Below are positions 58,701-64,000 of a DNA stretch of 64,000 nucleotides, piece after piece. The DNA comes from Eledone cirrhosa (lineage: Eukaryota), in assembly GCA_964016885.1 (NCBI GenBank), contig OZ024742.1:75268001-75332000 (forward strand). The letters run 5' to 3'. The notes below the pieces were generated by a model. The model saw nothing but the letters and a program-made list of their open reading frames with translations. It made no database searches and was not told the DNA's origin. The position numbers and the translations under genes were made by a program. Numbering within the stretch: the first letter of the stretch is position 1; every line of letters starts with the position of its first letter.

Positions 58701-61700
58701 AGTATTTACACAACATCACACATGACACCAATATTTACACCACGTCACACACGACATCAGTATTTACACCATGTCACACAAGACAACAGTATTAACACCA
58801 CGTCACACAAGACACCAGTATTACACCACGTCACACAAGACATTAGTATTTACACCACGTCACACAAGACACTAGTATTAACACAACGTCACACAAGACA
58901 CTAGTATTTACACCACGTCACACAAGACATTAGTATTTACACCACGTCACACAAGACAAGTATTAACACACGTCACACAATACACTAGTATTAACACCAC
59001 GTCACACAAGACATTAGTATTTACACCACGTCACACAAGACAAGTATTAACACACGTCACCCAATACACTAGTATTAACACCACGTCACACAGGACACTA
59101 GTATTTACATCGCGTCACACAGGACACTGGTATTTACACCACCTCACTCAAGCCACTGGTATTTACACCACGTCACACAAGGCACTAGTATTTACACCAC
59201 GTCACACAAGATACCAATATTTACACTACGTCAAACAAGACACTAGTATTTACACCACATCACACAGGACACTGGTATTTACACCACCTCACACAAGCCA
59301 GTGGTATTTACACCACGTCACACAAGGCACTAGTATTTACACCACGTCACACAAGATACCAATATTTACACTACGTCACACAAGACACTAGTATTTACAC
59401 CACATCACAGAAGAGATCAGTATTAACACCACGTCACACAAGACGCTAGTATTTACACCACGTCACACAAGACACTAGTATTTACACCACGTCACACAAG
59501 ACACCAATATTTACACCAGGTCACACAGGACACTAATATATACACCACGTCACACAAGACACTGGTATTTACACCACGTCACACAAGACACTAGTATTAA
59601 CACCACATCACACAGGACACCAGTATTAACACCAGGTCACAGAATACACCAGTATTAACACCACGTCACACAATACAATAGTATTTACATCAGGTCACAC
59701 AAGACCCCAATATTCACACTACGTCACACAAGACACTAGCATTTACACCACGTCACACAAGACACCAATATTTAAACCATGTCACACAAGACACTAGTAT
59801 TTACACCACGTCACACAAGCCACCAGTATTAACACCACGTCACACAAGACACTAGCATTTACACCACGTGACAGAAGACACCCATATTTACACCACGTCA
59901 CAGAAGACACCAGTATTTCACCACGTCACACAAGACACCAATATTTACACCATGTCACACAAGATACTGGTATTTACACCACGTCACACAAGACACTAGT
60001 ATTTACACCACGTCACACAAGACACTAGTATTTACTCCACTTCACACAAGACACCAGTATTAATACCACGTCACACAAGACACTGGTATTTACACCACGT
60101 CACATAAGACACTAGTATTTACACCATTTCACACAAGACACCAATATTTAGACCACGTCACACAAGACACTAGTATTTACACCACGTCACACAAGACACC
60201 AATATTTACACCACGTCACACACGACACTGGTATTTACACCACGTCATACAAGACACCAGTATTTACACCACGTCACACAAGACACCAGTATTAACCCAA
60301 CGTCACACAAGACACTAGTATTTACACCACGTCACAGAATACACCATTATTAACACCACATCACACAAGACACCAGTATTTACACCACGTCACACATGAC
60401 ACCAATATTTACAACACGTCACACACGACACTAGTATTTACACCACGTCACACAAGACACTAGCATAAACACCACGTCACACAAGCCACCAGTATTAACA
60501 CCACGTCACACAAGACACTAGCATTTACACCACGTGACAGAAGACACCCATATTTACACCACGTCACAGAAGACACCAGTATTTCACCACGTCACACAAG
60601 ACATTAGTTTTTACACCACATAACACAAGACACTAGCATTTACACCAGGTTACACAAGACACCAATATATACACCATGTCACACAAGACACTAGTATTTA
60701 CACCACGTCGCACAAGACACCAATATTAACACCATGTCAAACAAGACACTGGCATTCACATCACGTCACACAAGACACCAGTATTAACACCACGTCACAC
60801 TAGACACCAGTATTAACACCACGTGACACAAGACACTAGTATTTACACCACGTCACATAAGACACTAGTATTAACATCACATCACACAAGACACCAATAT
60901 TTACACCACGTCACACAAGACACTAGTATTTACACCACATCACACAAGACACCAGTATTAACACCACGTCACACTAGACACCAGTATTAACACCACGTGA
61001 CACAAGACACTAGTATTTACACCACGACACACAATACACCAGCATTAACCCCACGTCACACAAGACACCGGTATTAACCCCACGTCACACAAGACACCAG
61101 TATTACACCACGTCAAACAAGACACCAGTATTAACACCACGTCACACAAGACACCAGTATTACACCACGTCACACAAGACACCAGTATTACACCACTTCA
61201 CACAAGACACTATATTACACCACGTCAGAAAAGACACCAGTATTAACACCACGTCACACAAGACATTAGTATTTACACCACGTCACACAAGATAAGTATT
61301 AACACACGTCACACAATACACTAGTATTAACACCACGTCACACAGGACACTAGTATTTACACCGCGTCACACACGACACTAGTATTTACACCACATCACA
61401 CAGGACACTGCTATTTACACCACCTCACACAAGCCACTGGTATTTACACCACGTCACACAAGGCACTAGTATTTACACGACGTCACACAAGATACCAATA
61501 TTTACACTACGTCACACAAGACACTAGTATTTACACCACATCACACAAGAGATCAGTATTAACACCACGTCACACAAGACACCACTATTACACTACGTCA
61601 CACAATACACTAGTTCTTACACTACGTCACACAAGACACTAGTATTTACACCACGTCACACAATACACCAATATTTACACCACGTCACACAAGACGCTAG

Positions 61701-64000
61701 TATTTACACCACGTCACACAAGACACAAGTATTTACACCACGTCACACAAGACACCAATATTTACACCAGGTCACACAGGACACTAATATATACACCACG
61801 TCACACAAGACACTGGTATTTACACCACGTCACACAAGACACCAGTATTTACACCAGGTCAGAGAATACACCAGTATTAACACCACGTCACACAAGACAG
61901 TAGCATTTACACCACGTCACACAAGACAACCATATTTACACCACGTCACACATGACACTAGCATAAACACCACGTCACACAAGACACCAATATTTAAACC
62001 ATGTCACACAAGACACTAGTATTTACACCACGTCACACAAGCCACCAGTATTAACACCACGTCACACAAGACACTAGCATTTACACCACGTGACAGAAGA
62101 CACCCATATTTACCCCACGTCACAGAAGACACCAGTATTTCACCACGTCACACAAGACACCAATATTTACACCATGTCACACAAGACACTAGTATTTACA
62201 CCACGTCGCACAAGACACCAATATTAACACCATGTCACACAAGACACTGGTATTTACACCACGTCACACAAGACACTAGTATTTACACCACGTCACACAA
62301 GACACTAGTATTTACTCCACTTCACACAAGACACTAGTATTTACACCACGTCACATAAGACACTAGTATTAACATCACATCACACAAGACACCAATATTT
62401 ACACCACGTCACACAAGACACTAGTATTTACACCACATCACACAAGACACCAGTATTAACACCACGTCACACTAGACACCAGTATTAACACCACGTGACA
62501 CAAGACACTAGTATTTACACCACGACACACAATACACCAGCATTAACCCCACGTCACACAAGACACCGGTATTAACCCCACGTCACACAAGACACCAGTA
62601 TTACACCACGTCAAACAAGACACCAGTATTAACACCACGTCACACAAGACACCAGTATTACACCACGTCACACAAGACACCAGTATTACACCACTTCACA
62701 CAAGACACTATATTACACCACGTCAGAAAAGACACCAGTATTAACACCACGTCACACAAGACATTAGTATTTACACCACGTCACACAAGACAAGTATTAA
62801 CACACGTCACACAATACACTAGTATTAACACCACGTCACACAGGACACTAGTATTTACACCGCGTCACACAGGACACTAGTATTTACACCACATCACACA
62901 GGACACTGCTATTTACACCACCTCACACAAGCCACTGGTATTTAAACCACGTCACACAAGGCACTAGTATTTACACCACGTCACACAAGATACCAATATT
63001 TACACTACGTCACACAAGACACTAGTATTTACACCACATCACACAAGAGATCAGTATTAACACCACGTCACACAAGACACCACTATTACACTACGTCACA
63101 CAATACACTAGTTCTTACACTACGTCACACAAGACACTAGTATTTACACCACGTCACACAATACACCAATATTTACACCACGTCACACAAGACGCTAGTA
63201 TTTACACCACGTCACACAAGACACTAGTATTTACACCACGTCACACAAGACACCAATATTTACACCAGGTCACACAGGACACTAATATATACACCACGTC
63301 ACACAAGACACTGGTATTTACACCACGTCACACAAGACACCAGTATTTACACCAGGTCAGAGAATACACCAGTATTAACACCACGTCACACAAGACAGTA
63401 GCATTTACACCACGTCACACAAGACAACCATATTTACACCACGTCACACATGACACTAGCATAAACACCACGTCACACAAGACACCAATATTTAAACCAT
63501 GTCACACAAGACACTAGTATTTACACCACGTCACACAAGCCACCAGTATTAACACCACGTCACACAAGACACTAGCATTTACACCACGTGACAGAAGACA
63601 CCCATATTTACCCCACGTCACAGAAGACACCAGTATTTCACCACGTCACACAAGACACCAATATTTACACCATGTCACACAAGACACTAGTATTTACACC
63701 ACGTCGCACAAGACACCAATATTAACACCATGTCACACAAGACACTGGTATTTACACCACGTCACACAAGACACTAGTATTTACACCACGTCACACAAGA
63801 CACTAGTATTTACTCCACTTCACACAAGACACTAGTATTTACTCCACTTCACACAAGACACCAGTATTAACACCACGTCACACAAGACACTGGTATTTAC
63901 ACCACGTCACACAAGACACTAGTATTTACACCACTTCACACAAGACACCAGTATTAACACCACGTCACACAAGACACTGGTATTTACACCACGTCACACA
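34728..64000. repeat. 29-bp minisatellite array (about 1,000 monomers, runs off the window) with higher-order structure
   Basis: Consensus TATTTACACCACGTCACACAAGACAC(T/C)AG. GTCACACAAG recurs at 34742, 34771, 34800 and 34829. 28- and 27-bp variants occur. Confidence 0.98.
41495..41589 (+). mobile_element. 5'-truncated SINE inserted in the satellite, with 17-bp TSD
   Basis: 95-bp insert gaggttaactttgcctttcatcc...gtagaaaca, flanked by aatatttagaccacgtc at 41478-41494 and 41590-41606. Confidence 0.9.

Noticed and set aside
34728-64000. CRISPR-like array, or His/Thr-rich ORFs (MTPIFTPHHTRH...)
   Set aside because: The monomers are contiguous with no unique spacers and no cas genes. The ORFs are translations of the satellite.

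Overview
Gene-free, repeat-dominated animal genomic DNA. It is most likely cephalopod (octopus-like), judged from the (TA)n/(CA)n load and the SINE family, which I recognise from memory only. Positions 1-34.7 kb are a nest of decayed mobile elements: an L1/Tx1-type LINE, R4/Dong-like and CRE-like RLE LINE tails, four copies of one C-terminal-GIY-YIG Penelope-like element (PLE), a DD37D Tc1/mariner, RTE fragments, MITEs, Helitron-like pieces and SINEs. Positions 34.7-64 kb are a 29-bp minisatellite (about 1,000 monomers) with nested higher-order repeats and one SINE insertion. The most notable feature is a dense set of type I hammerhead ribozyme (HHR) motifs from about 8 sequence families between 7.5 and 30.5 kb, all folded by eye. 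These include a non-coding 483-bp unit flanked by two intact HHRs (retrozyme / mini-PLE candidate) and two different HHRs that share an unusual AAU insertion after core A9. No host protein-coding gene could be supported.
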